Assembly: GCA_030265395.1 (NCBI GenBank)
Contig: JARFYF010000058.1
Location: forward strand, 14,313,333 to 14,377,332
Source: Rhina ancylostomus
Lineage: Eukaryota
Reading direction: 5' to 3'
Length of the DNA: 64,000 nt
The notes under the pieces are model-generated. The model searched no databases. It saw only the letters and a program-made list of their open reading frames with translations, and was not told the origin of the DNA. Positions 1 through 12,575 of this stretch are shown in pieces (within the stretch, counting starts at the first letter, position 1; each line of letters starts with the position of its first letter). A program made the translations under genes and the position numbers.

Positions 1-709
1 TTTTCCTAAAGCTGGAAAAGTGAAGTATCAGCCGACTGTTGGTTGAGGCCTCCAGGGCATTGTTAGTACAGAGACATAGAAGATAGGCCAACCAAGGTCA
101 CATCACAAAAGGCTCACTGCTATTCCAATTCATTGACAGTTTATACTTGTTTTATGTTTATAACATTTTATATCCATTCGGAAGAAAAATATTATTCCCC
201 TTCTCCCATCTTTTTTACAGTAAGAAATGTCTCTCGCTAAGTGTAGGGGTCAGACCTTGCTCCCAGACCTCCATCAGATCGATGCTGGAAGAAACACAAA
301 AGCCTGTCCTCGGTGTCTGGCCTTTCAGATGTTCCCTCTGCCTGTGAGAGAATTTTCCTGAGTCTTAAAATTCTGCGGCTCTCTCACCCACACAATCAAA
401 AAAATGTGAAATCCCAATAGAAACAAAAGCTGCTTCAATAATCAGAAGCATGTGTCTGTTTTCAAAACATGATCAACACTTGGAAAGGACTTCTGTACAG
501 AACAGAGGGGGCAAAAACATTGGAATCATTTAAGGAACTGTGGTTACTGAGAGGATTTTTGTAAGAGTAAGCTGTAGAGGGTAGATCTTAATTCTGCATG
601 ATAAATGGAAATGGGTGATAGCTGACAGGCAAACCATTATGCATCTTTCATGAGTTTATTTCATGAAGTTACCAGTAGATCAGACAGACTCTGAACTTTG
701 TCCACATTG

Positions 710-1065
710 TGACGCTTGCCACTAGATGAACCAGGATCTAAGGTGGATAACTCAGAATATTAGGTACATTGGCTACTAGATCATGCATTATTTGAGACAT
801 GTTCACTGCTAAATCACTCAGGATCTGAGATAAGCTCACCATTAGATCAGATAGGTTTGAAAGGATGCTCACTACAGGATCAACCAGCTTCTGGGACATG
901 CTTATGACTAGATCACCCAGAATCTGAGATACTCCTAACATCAGACCACTCTGGATATATTTCCTCCAGATCTCAAATGATTTCAGTTATGCTAGATCAC
1001 CTATGAGGTATTCTCATTGCCAGATCACTCAGGATCTAAGCTAAGTTGACTGCTAGACTACTTAA
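710..1065. repeat. Degenerate 33-bp tandem repeat (minisatellite)
   Basis: Units start at 743, 776, 809, 842, 875 and 908, consensus about CTAGATCACTCAGGATCTGAGANATGCTCACTG. Partial units near 722 and 1020. Confidence 0.8.
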
Positions 1066-2749
1066 CACTGTTGCACAAAACCAAAAATCAACTCCTAATT
1101 AGTTTTGTGGAGGAATGAATCACAATGGTCTGAATGGCCTTTGTATTAATTGTGCAATTTGTGTGGTCTAAGGCATTCTGCATTCAAAAGGCCAAGCTGT
1201 TTTATTCCTAATATGGGAATCTTAGTAAAATCTGCATGCTATCAATTATTCTGCCAATGATTGCATCCAAAATATATGGTATAGAGCCCTAGAAAAATAC
1301 TTTAAAATCAAAGGAGCTATTTTAGGTTTATCTAATCAACAATACCCAAATATGGATGCAGTATTTCTTTTGTCCTGAGTCGACTACTCTTAATCATTAA
1401 TTACTTGAAGTCAACAACAATAAACACCAAAATGTCATCATAAAATTGAATTAGATATGTCTAAATGTAACATCCAAAGTATAGTTGTAGGACTTGAATC
1501 ATAGCATTGCTAACACCAATAGCAGTAAGCATTCAACCCACACAGAGAGAACTCTGAACATAAATGTAACCTTATATAAACTCTTATCTGTAGAGATTAC
1601 ATTTATGTGATATCAGGGGAAAGCCAGTGGTAAATTTTGAGAAAGTTAGTATGAGGTCTCCAATGTGGGTGAAAGAACACTAAACACTTTGTAAATTCCG
1701 TTTCATCCCAAATGAAGCTCTATTTCAGGTGATACCAATGGCCATATGGAACTAGTCTCTACCACTTGATGTTGGTGTGCTCAGAAATCAGATCAAGAGT
1801 TGGCTTGGGATAATAATGACACTGTCGTGGTACTACATATAATCAGTGCAAAAGTATTGGTGTAACCACAGCACAAAATAATTTCATTCCAAAGTTCTGA
1901 TGTAGTTCGGCTATAGGAAAAGGCAGAGAGATATGCCTAAAAAACTATTACAATGGTTCACTCTCCATTGTTTAGAGTGGCCACACTCACAGCACTCTGT
2001 GTGTTATGTGAGCCGCACCCTAGACAACTTACTTCCCATTTAAAATTATTTTTAACAGTTCGTTACAAGAGCCGCATGCTGATTGGGTCATAGGTGTTCT
2101 CTAAGCCATGGGATGAGAAACTTGATTGTCTCATATTGTCTTGAACACCACTAAGCTTTGTCACTGAAGGGAAGTATGGAAGACTTGTAAGTGTTGTGGA
2201 GGGTTTCATCAGGTGATATTGTCTCTAGGCACTGAATCAGATCACCAGCTAATGCTTAAACAGGAATAATCAACTCCAGCTTCCCATGTTAGCTATTAGA
2301 GTGTTATGGCCTGTTTCCATTTTTGTTTGTGGGCTATATGTTCCCAGACAGACCACTTCTGCTTCTGCATCTCTGGGGAACCATAACCTTGTGTGCCATT
2401 TCCATTGTTTCCTTGTACTGTTATTTGAGCATCTTAACAGAACAAAAATGTAGTATTTGTGTGTTTTTTATTATGACCTTTGTTCAGCATTTTCAACGCT
2501 ACATTTAGTGGGACCTCGGGTATGACCTTTGCATTTAATAGAGTCACTGATTAAATCCATAATCTCGATTTTAGCATAAAATGTGCTAATCATACTTCAT
2601 CCTCAAAAGTATCTTTTGAAAAGTGGACAAAAAGGCAGGATGTACAAGGGCCAGAGAAGGCGGAAATATTTTGTAATGCCATGGGGGATGCAAATTTAGG
2701 CTCAGTCTGAATCTTCTGGGTCTCTCCCCCAGTGTCACAAATTCTGTCT

Positions 2750-2980
2750 CAAAAGAGACAAGCATGCACCGGGCATATAAACAATCAGCTGGAACTCAGC
2801 GGGTCGAACAGCATCTGTGGGGTCATAAGAATTATTGATGTTTCAGATCGACATCCAACATCAGAATATTTCCTATTCCTCCCCCCAACTCCCCCCCCTC
2901 AAAAGATGCTGCTCCATCCCCTGAGTTCCTCCACCAAATTGTTGTTCCAGATTCCAGCATCTTCAGTCTCTTGTGTCTCC
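2750..2980. mobile_element. Fold-back Penelope-like terminal-repeat element (non-coding)
   Basis: GGAACTCAGCGGGTCGAACAGCATCT followed by its inverse AGATGCTGCTCCATCCCCTGAGTTCC; same family as 31960-32635 and 49970-50165. Confidence 0.6.
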
Positions 2981-3129
2981 ATGGGCGCACCCTGTTTCAG
3001 AAAGCACCTTCAGGTGGGATGTTTGCAGACTATCTGGGAAATTTGCCCCAACTTGTCACTAGACAGGGCCAGCAGAAATTGGTTTCTGTATTGAGCTTTA
3101 AGAAGGCCCAGGAAGAAAGAAAATATTAA

Positions 3130-3530
3130 AGTTTTTTTTAATACCGTATCGTTCACAACTTCAGGGCATTACAAAGAGTCTTACAGCCAAAGAAGTACTT
3201 CTTGGAGCGTAGGGCAGGAAACGTAACAGCCAATTTGTGCACAGCAAGTTTCTACAATTAGCAATGTAAAAACGAGCAATTATCGAAAGCAAACGAGCAA
3301 GGTATGTTGGCTAAGGAATAGATAACTACCAGGACGCTGGATATACTTTACCTTCTCTTCTTCAAAATAGTATCCTGGGATCTGACCTGAGATGGCAGAT
3401 GTGGCTTCATTTTAATGTCATACAAGAGGTGGCATCTCAGACAGTACAGACTTTCTCAGCTCTGCCTGGAGTGGGGGAAAATCTACATTTTCTTCAATGT
3501 AGTGGGATTGGCACCCTTTAAATTCCTGCT
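3130..3530 (-). mobile_element. DeuSINE-like (SacSINE1/AmnSINE1-type) SINE
   Basis: Reverse complement resembles the recalled Deu domain and tail (CTTGCTGTGCACAAATTGGCTG...AAGTACTTC...GGCTGTAAG); several homologous copies occur in the window. Confidence 0.65.
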
Positions 3531-4434
3531 CCTTTGGAGTTGTTAGAGGCAAATGAAAACAGAACTTTTCACTGCCATTCCCAGATGCCAAGTTGTTCTT
3601 TTTGGAGTAACAAGGTGATGGATGACACTACCACCATCAGGTTGGAGGCTGATATTACACTTCCAGAAGCAGGGGTCACCCTCCCTGAGCATTGTACTTC
3701 ACACTGTGTGAAATGGGACAATTCACTCTGCCCCCTTCGATGAATCCATATGATTTCTTAACTACAACCTTTCTGTGCTGATCTTGTCAAACTTTGCCAG
3801 AAATTTCCCACCCCATCAGTAATTAATTTCCAAATGAACTTAGACCTTAAAGACAATTGACATTTATGCAACATTGCATCTTAACATTCCACATTTAAGT
3901 TTGTTTAACACTGCTACAGTTATCAGACACCGTATCAGTAAAGTATATTGTGAGTAATGACACAGCAGTTTAATTTTGAATCTATGTGCAAACTGACAGA
4001 ATTCTTTGGATGAGTTTTCGGAGATGTTGCTGCTTTTCTGTGAAAGAGAAAACATTCTGATCAACAAGACGTTCTGAGTGTAATTGGAATCTTTGGTTTG
4101 GATGAATCAGACTGGGGGTAAAGAGACAGGTGGGGTTTGTGACCTTGGGTGGGGAGGAATGGTTGGGGTTCTGGCTGAAACTGAGTAAGTTAATAAATAG
4201 ATAAATACATAAATAAATCAATTAAGCACGTCGGAGCTGGAATCTCAAAGCTGGGCTGGCAGCTACCCAGGGACGTCCCCTCTCAGTTGTGAGGCTGGAG
4301 AGCAAACAATGCCATGAAAGCGCAGTTATTTGGCTGTGTCTGGTTATAGGAGAGGCACAAAGTCACATGATGTAGTTTCTCCTGACAAAGTTCAGAAAGA
4401 GTGTCACATGGTGAATGATGCATGCAGCAAACAG

Positions 4435-4630
4435 AGTCAAAGAGTCATCACGCCATACAGCACAGAAACTGGCTCTTTGGCCCATTGGTCCATGCTGACC
4501 TAATTTCTCATCTAAGCTAGTCCCATTTGCTTGCATTTAGCCCATATCCTCTGAACCTTTCCTATCCGTGTACCTGTCCAAGTACCTTTTAAATGTTGTT
4601 AATGTACTTGCCTCAGCCATTTCCACAACC
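4435..4630 (-). mobile_element. CR1-type LINE 3' end fragment
   Basis: High identity to 5210-5400 (CATACAGCACAGAAAC...CTAAGCTAGTCCCATTTGC...TACCTGTCCAAGTACCTTTTAAATG). Confidence 0.7.
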
Positions 4631-5207
4631 AGAGAAATTCCATATGAAGCCATAAAACATTTGTCCTACTCATGCTACATGATTTCCAAAGGGCCTCAGA
4701 TCACTGTAAACATTTATGCTTTTTACTAAACTCACATAGTACTAAGGTTCAAATAGATCAAATTGTTACGCTAAAATGGATGTTCTAATCTGATTTTTTT
4801 ATTTTGTTCTGTTTTGCTTTTAACCCTTTTCTTCCCCTAAAGATGGTGAATCTTGCTTTCACTGGTTAGAATCCTATGTCCAGTTTTGTGTCCTCGCATG
4901 GCAAGGGACACTGAGACTTTGGAAAGAATGCAAAAGGAGCGCCACAAGAAATCAACACAAAATCATTCCAATTGATTGTGCTAAACAACATAATAGTAGC
5001 TCCATATTGAATAGAACCACATTTTAGATAAAGTCATAGAGTCATACAGCACNNNNNNNNNNNNNNNNNNNNNNNNNNNNNNNNNNNNNNNNNNNNNNNN
5101 NNNNNNNNNNNNNNNNNNNNNNNNNNNNNNNNNNNNNNNNNNNNNNNNNNNNTTGTGCTAAACAACATAATAGTAGCTCCATATTGAATAGAACCACATT
5201 TTAGATA

Positions 5208-5670
5208 AAGTCATAGAGTCATACAGCACAGAAACAAGGCCTTCAGCCCAACTGGTCCATGCCAACCAAGATTCCCATCTAAGTTAGTCCCATTTGCCGA
5301 TATTTGGCCCATATCCCTCTAAACCTTTCCTATCCATGTACCTGTCCAAGTACCTTTTAAATGTGGTTAATGCACCTGCCTCAACCACTACCTCTGGCAG
5401 CTCATACTGTACACTGACCAACCTTCTAGGTGAAAAAGTTGCCCCTCAGGTTCCTATTAAATTTCTCCCCTCTTACCTTAACCTATGCCCTCTAGTTCTT
5501 GATTCCCAGCCCTGGAAAATGATTGTATGCATTGACCCTATCTATGCCCCTCATAATTTTATACACCTCTACGAGATCATCCCTCATTCCCCTACGCTCC
5601 AAAGGAAACAGTCCCAACCTGCTCATTTTCCCTCCATGACTCAGTCCCTCAAGTCGTGGAACATGATGTG
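5208..5670 (-). mobile_element. CR1-type LINE 3' fragment
   Basis: Antisense of a CR1 3' end with GTCATAGA-type tail repeats; related copies at 4435 and 63350. Confidence 0.75.
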
Positions 5671-6122
5671 AATTCTCATGTAAAGGTTGAGAGCTTAGAT
5701 CACATAGATCTGTTTAGTTCAACATTATGCAACTGAAAATAAACTTTGGAAGGCATGAAATGTGATAAAGTCGATTTCAACCATTTTGCATTCCTCTGGA
5801 AATTTAACTAGGTGTAATTTTGCCATCAGATTGCAAGTAAAACAGCTTTGATTTTTTTAAATGAAGACATTTATAAATAAGCACTCCTAGGACAACTCTG
5901 CTTTAATAGTAGAGCACCAGAAGAGGAACCCATATAAATAAAGCTTCCTCCCATCAATTCCCCATTACTGACTGAGGCTCAGAAACCCCCAGCGCCCCAG
6001 TTCCCTGACTGTCCAAGGCTCCTGACCCAGTGATCTCCTAAGGCCCACTGCACCAATCTCCCCATCCTCGATCGTGGCCATAGCCCACCTCTCACTTTGG
6101 TGGTTTTAGAGTTATTGTTTAC

Positions 6123-6125
<3 letters not shown>

Positions 6126-6199
<74 letters not shown>
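6126..6199. repeat. (TG)n microsatellite
   Basis: Uninterrupted TG run. Confidence 0.99.
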
Positions 6200-6202
<3 letters not shown>

Positions 6203-7379
6203 ACAATATATATCATGGGGCTTCAGAATTTTATCATATGTTACCTGCTTTCTTTATTGCCCAGGAAGTGAAGGAGGTGAAGGGTGGCATATGAAAGGCA
6301 AGTGCCTTCTTTTCACATATGTAGATGTGTTGGGTGAGGGAGTGATCAGTTTTTGTTTTCTACAAGTTCAATAAAGAACCCCTGGTCTGTGGCTAGAAGC
6401 TTTTGGTTTGGAAACAGTATCAAATTTCTCTTATTTGTTTTAAGGTAAGTCTACTATTGATGAAAAATCTGCTCCAGTTTCCAGTTCCAACAAAGTTTCA
6501 AAATTGAACACATTTCTAAAAATGCCATGAAACATTATCAATTTATGTATTAGTTCTTAAAAATAATATTATTTTGTAACACTAAAGTGCACATTATAAC
6601 AATTTTAGGGGTTAGTTATTTTAATTTAGATTGGGAATAGAAATAACATTTCTTAGTGCATCCACCACCCACAAAGTGTGCAATGGATTATTGACTTATC
6701 CACTGAGTTGCATGTATGAAAAATAGATTCCCAGCCAAATTTATGATATTGAGTTGTCTCTTCTTCTCAAAAACAAGATTATCTGGCCAGCATGAATAGG
6801 AAGTGGTTCAGTGTTTTGAATTTGATTATAACAAGCTGAAAATGACATAGAGTAAGACATTTGGTTGTTTTTACTCCACAGTCTTCATCCACAGAGCCAG
6901 ATCTGAAACTCATACATCATCAATCAGCCTCTCAATCCAGCAGAACAATGAGGTAAAACAAAAAAAGTCTCAGTTTGAGCAAGCCGTGATCTATGACCTT
7001 GACATCACTTGGGAACCTAGTTAGAGCAATCTCCAGCCGTAACTTCACTGCTTTATGTATGTGTGGTCGTGTTCACCTGTAAAGTACAAATCTTTAGTTA
7101 CAAGTTAGTGCTGGGCTGTTTCATTGTGAAGCAACTTCTTGAGGGATTAAACAAGATTTCTCTGCTTAATATTTCTCAGAAACTCAGAAACAAGACGATG
7201 GAAGAAGTTAGTCGTCATTCCATTTCTATTTTTTAAATTGCAAATCAAGAAAAGACCAATTTTGCTAAACTAATTTAGTTGTTTTGATGTTATGATTCTC
7301 TTTAGCACCAATGGACATAAGATGATGGGTAAAATCTATCAACTGAATTAGCAATTTATATACATATTTCATTTTTTTT

Positions 7380-7575
7380 CTTTATTTGTACATGGGATGT
7401 GGACGTCATTATTGTCTATCCCTTGTAACCTCTGAACTCATAAGGCTGTTAAAAGTCAACCACAATAGTAGGTCTGGAGTCACATAGTGGATAGCCTGAT
7501 TTACATGGCTGATTTCCTTCCCTGAAGGACTCCTGTTAAACAAATGTTTTTTATGATGATCTGACAGTTTTAGGA
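7380..7575 (-). mobile_element. tRNA-derived SINE-like family B fragment (family name not assigned)
   Basis: Shares GGGATGTGGACGTCA, GTTAANAGTCAACCAC and ATTTCCTTCCCTGAAGGAC with copies at 12185, 22030, 30770, 31085 and 54480. Confidence 0.6.
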
Positions 7576-7583
7576 TTCTTGTT

Positions 7584-7585
<2 letters not shown>

Positions 7586-7657
<72 letters not shown>
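7586..7657. repeat. (TG)n microsatellite running into an assembly gap
   Basis: Uninterrupted TG run followed by Ns. Confidence 0.99.
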
Positions 7658-8334
7658 NNNNNNNNNNNNNNNNNNNNNNNNNNNNNNNNNNNNNNNNNNN
7701 NNNNNNNNNNNNNNNNNNNNNNNNNNNNNNNNNNNNNNNNNNNNNNNNNNNNNNNNNNNNNNNNNNNNNNNNNNNNNNNNNNNNNNNNNNNNNNNNNNNN
7801 NNNNNNNNNNNNNNNNNNNNNNNNNNNNNNNNNNNNNNNNNNNNNNNNNNNNNNNNNNNNNNNNNNNNGCTTAAATAGCCATTGACTATAATGATGAGGT
7901 GCCTAACATCTGCTTAAGACTCCCTTCCAGAACTTGTATAATGGTGAATGACCAAGCCTGGCTCGTTTTATTGGCATTTACTGAGGCAGGAAAGGGATTT
8001 TTTTTCTTCATCTGGAGCAATTGACTGCAACAGAACTTCTTGTTTTGTGCCTGCATTTTAGTGCTAATGTCCACTTAATGACCTTTAAGAATGTTTGCGA
8101 ATTTCCCTTCACTAGAATATTTTATGAAGACATTTACACAAGACTTCATCACAATGTGAAGACATTCTTTTAATTTAATTATCTGTGATCTTTAAACTTA
8201 CCAAATCCTGGCTCACCCATATACTTACCAAACTGTCTCAGCTACTCTGCTCTATTTCCATCAAAGATACAAACTCTTCCCCAATAGACTCTTTTTAGTT
8301 TCCAAATTCTATTCCCTTCTTTACAGGAAAGAAA

Positions 8335-8735
8335 TGAGGCATTGAAGAAGGTACGGAAGAGATTTACAAGGATGTTGCCAGGCCTGGAACATTTTAGGAA
8401 TGAGGAAAGATTGGATAAAGTAAATTGTTTTCTTCAGAACAGAGGAGGCCGAGAGGAGGCTTAATTGAAGTGTTTGAAGTTATGAGGGGCCTAGATAGAG
8501 TAAACAGTACAGAACCTATTTCCCTTGGCAGAGGGGTCAGAAAGTAGGGGGCATAGATTTAAAGTAATTGACAGGAGGATCAGAGGAAAGATGATGTAGG
8601 TCTGGAACCTATTGGAAGGGTAGAATACGAAGAAATTCCTCTCACATTTAATTAGGATGAGTTCTGGAACTGGAGTGAGCTTCCGAGCTGTAGATCAACC
8701 ACTGGAAGATGGAGTTAGGCTGGGTAGCTCTTTTA
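8335..8735 (+). mobile_element. CR1-type LINE 3' ORF2 fragment, decayed
   Basis: AAGAGATTTACAAGGATGTTGCCAGG (R-F-T-R-M-L-P-G motif), then GGGGGCATAGATTTAAAG, typical of the CR1 C-terminus. Confidence 0.75.
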
Positions 8736-10519
8736 CATTCTGTGTTGTAAATTTTTTGTAATTTTAAGAAACCAATATTTGTTTTGCTGTGAGTTATGGG
8801 GAGGGCGTGGCTATTTGCACAGTCATTGGATAATAGGCTAATGACAGGCGATTACACTGTACATTCAGAGACGCATGTGTATAGCATGGATACGATGGAC
8901 AGAATGGGCTCCTTCTCAACTATATGATTGTCTACACTGGATTCTCATCCTCTCCATGATCAGCTTAGTTTTTTTAACTTCCTTTGTAGTGGAATTCACA
9001 AATAATTTGTCAAGATAAAGAAACTCTGCAGGACTAAGACACATCTGTTGATTCTCTGCTGATGCTGAAGTTCAGGATATCAGAGCAATTTTATTGTCTC
9101 CTTGTCTCACCCCCTCTCTTCCCTTTCCTTCTGAACATAAACCTGGTAATTGCTCATTTCATCACTGGGGACAATATGGAAAAACACTGAATTCTCCAGT
9201 CCTGTTTCTGTACACCATGTGGAAGACACATGCTCTCAAAAAATAGATTGAATTAGATGTTACACAAGATTTGGCATTTAAGGGGCAAGTTAACTGCAGG
9301 AAACAAGGGCTCTGTTTTCTCAGAGGTAGCTGGGTCTGATCATGTGTTGAATGGAACAGCAGGGAACCGCAGCCCACTCCTCAACAAATGCTGGACCATG
9401 TTCAGATTCTCTTTATCCATTGTATGGGCCATGAGGAGGTGGCTGTTTGAATGCATTTTGAACTGAAACACTTAGAGCTGAGAGATTTATATCTTTGCAT
9501 TATTGCCTTTGTCCAAACCATATTGGCAAATAACCTCAAATCTAGGTGCATTTTCTAATTGTCACGAATTGTAAAATGGAACAACTGATCTATTCTACAG
9601 CACTGTAATCTTTCACCATAATTAAGCAGAAAACCTGGTTTATCTCGAGAGAAAGAAAGAGGGGGTGTAGTTGACTCAACACATCACGGCTATTGCCAAC
9701 CTTTCCCACATTGTTTAGTTTCCACTATCTGTTCCAAGATATGTTCCCAAGGGATTCCTAGATATCCAGCTGTTTGAACTTGGATGATGGCTTGAGCCTG
9801 GTATAAGGCCTCCCTTCACAGACAAATTGAAACAATATGACCTTGTGTGTGACTGAGCTGCTGAGAGAGGAAACAAAGGATTACTGACACTCACAAAAAA
9901 AGGCACCTGCATAGAGCATTGCAATGGATACTGCTGTTTAAACCGCTGCTCCACTATAACTCACATATACAACCTGTAACATGATAGCCTTCCACTCATT
10001 TTTATGTGCAGCTAGCTTCTCATAGGTAGAATTAAGACCACAGGCAAAATGGTATTATTTAAGAAATCTTTTCCAATATAGTTGATTTCTGTTTGCTGTT
10101 CATTAGTAATTATTTTGATATCTTAAACTTCTTTCCAATCAAATAATCATTAAATATTTGCTGTCAAATAACGTAACCTAGTTTTAATAATTTTTGCATT
10201 TGCTATCTCTTTCCCTTCCTTCTGCAATTAAAATGAAGCATTCCAAGTCTTCCTACTCACTGTGAACAGGGAAAATCGCTGCTTAATATTGTTAACAGAA
10301 GACAGCTATGGCTTAAATCTTCCAATTGATAGTTGTTCCTGATCCAACAACCTCCTGGAGAAAGAGACATAACCTACCCATCAGTAATGTTCAATAGTAA
10401 TTGATTGGTAATTGTTTTATTAGCTTCCATTTGGCATCAAACCCAATAAAGAATCCAGTCTTTAGGACCTGCTTTAAGTGTGACATTTCTGACATCAGAA
10501 TAGAGGGTTTGAGGTTGTA

Positions 10520-11085
10520 CTGTTTCATCTTGGTTGATAAGGCAGTTGAAAAAGCAAATGGGATTCTTGGCTATGTAAAAAAGGATGTTGCATACTTAAA
10601 CCATGAAGTTGTATCACACCTTTAAGCCCTAACTAGAATAGATTCTGGACGTACCCACAATTTGGAAAAGATGCCAATTCCTTGGAAAGGATGCAGAAGA
10701 GATTTACCGGTTACTTCAGCCATGTGGAGAGGATGAAGGGATGGTGATTGTTTTCCTTAGAACAGAGAAAATTAAAGGGGCACCCAAAAGAGCATTCAAA
10801 ATGACAAGGGATTTTGATGCAGCACAAAGGTAGACTCTGTTTCCTCCTTAGCAAATGGGCTGGTAGTTAGAAATAAGGACTTAAAATAACTGGCAATAAA
10901 AAAGAACTCGAGGAGAATTATGTTATGATCTGCAAAAGCTATCTGAAAGAGTGTGGAATCACATTTCATGGATTTGTCACAAGACATTGGACATGTATGT
11001 GACAAGAAATCATTTACAGATTTAAATTGAGAAAGCTAGGGTGTAGGATTAAACTGGGCAGCTCTGTTGAAGAACAGGCACAAGT
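10520..11085 (+). mobile_element. CR1-type LINE fragment, decayed
   Basis: KAVEKANGILGY motif in ORF 10401-10625, followed by AGAAGAGATTTACC. Confidence 0.7.
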
Positions 11086-11094
11086 ACAAACATC

Positions 11095-11660
11095 AATACC
11101 AATTTCCATTTATATAGCTCCTTTAACATAGGAAAATGACCGAAGGCATTTTGCAAGAGTATTATCAAGCAAACTAATTAATGCTGAAACATATAAGTAA
11201 TTATTAGGCTAAATGACCAAAAGCTTGGTGAGACAAGAAGCTTTTCGTAAAGAAGAAAATAGGTAAAGGCGTGGAAAAATTTATGGAAGGAATTGCTGAG
11301 CTTAGGGCCTTGGCAACTAAAGACAAATTCTTCAATGGTAGAACGATTAATTGGGAGATAAACAATGGGCTAAAATTGGAGGAGCATGGATATCTTGAAG
11401 GGTTGTGGGGTGGAGGAGATAATAGAGCTAAGAAGGAGCAAGACCATAGAGAGATTTGAAGCAAATTTGTCAATGTTAAAAGCAGAGTGATAGATGATGG
11501 ATACACAGTACTGGGTGCACGTTAGGACAAGGACAGTAGAGTTTTGGGTGACCTCAAATTCACAGAGAGTAGATTGATGGGGTGCTAGCCAGGACAATGT
11601 TTGAATAGTCAAGCCTAAAATGACAAAAGGGATGGTGGAGGGTTTTATCAGGGCTTCAGA
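11095..11660 (-). mobile_element. L2-like LINE 3' fragment
   Basis: CATTTATATAGC tail and AAAAGCTTGGT...GGAATTGCTGAGCTTAGGGCC; homologous to 58545-58890. Confidence 0.5.
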
Positions 11661-12184
11661 GTCAGAATATGTTGCAGAGATGGACTGTTTTAATTGTGAC
11701 TCAATGTATGTTATAAGTTCCTGTGATTACGGTGGCTACAAGTACCAGCAAACACAATCTACTTTTGGATATCTCCTATAGGAATTAGATGTATTTTTTA
11801 AATTGCTACAGATTANNNNNNNNNNNNNNNNNNNNNNNNNNNNNNNNNNNNNNNNNNNNNNNNNNNNNNNNNNNNNNNNNNNNNNNNNNNNNNNNNNNNN
11901 NNNNNNNNNNNNNNNAGATTAGATGAAGGGCAGAAGTTTAAATTGAGTAGTTCATCTTCAAACCGTATGACTGGGGCAATGTAGTGAGATTCCAATATTT
12001 TCTACAGCAGTCTGCCAGTATTTATTGACAACACATCAGCCAATGAGTTGGCAGTGGGGCGAGGCATAGGACACAGCAAATAGAAACAAGTTAAGCTTTC
12101 CTTATGTAATTTATGATTGGGTGGCACATTTGCAATTCCTTTCCACAGATTCACTATCGTGCTTGGACATGATCTCTTTTTTAT

Positions 12185-12575
12185 TTCTTCTTAAATTCCA
12201 GGATGAGAGTCACAGTAAGGGCAGTATTTATTTCCCATCCCTAGTAGCACTTTAGGTAAGAGTCAACCACGTTACTGTATGTCAGGAATTAAATAGAGCC
12301 CAGATGTGGTAAGATTTCCATTTCTGAAGGATATTTGCAAACCAGGTGAGATCTTACCACCATTTCATTACCACCATTTCCGACCAACTTTGAAGGAGAA
12401 AATATACTGCCTTAAAGAGCTGGAGTAGAGAAATATGCAACCTGGGAGTGTGAGGCTGGAATGAACAGCTTTTCAATTCCAGATTATGTAATTAACTGAA
12501 TTTAAATTCTCCTAGTGGTGGGATTCGAACACACATCTCTGGATTACCAGTTCAGTCATCACTATTCTACTGTTT
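12185..12575 (-). mobile_element. SINE-like family B, near full length
   Basis: Contains GTGGTGGGATTCGAAC (reverse B-box GTTCGAATCCC) plus the family B body. Confidence 0.65.

Noticed and set aside
4975-5232. Identical ~78-bp sequence on both sides of an N gap
   Set aside because: Gap-flanking exact duplication; typical unmerged contig overlap rather than a biological repeat.
5979-7885. ORFs with VCVCVC/HTHTHT or X runs
   Set aside because: Translations of TG microsatellites and N gaps.
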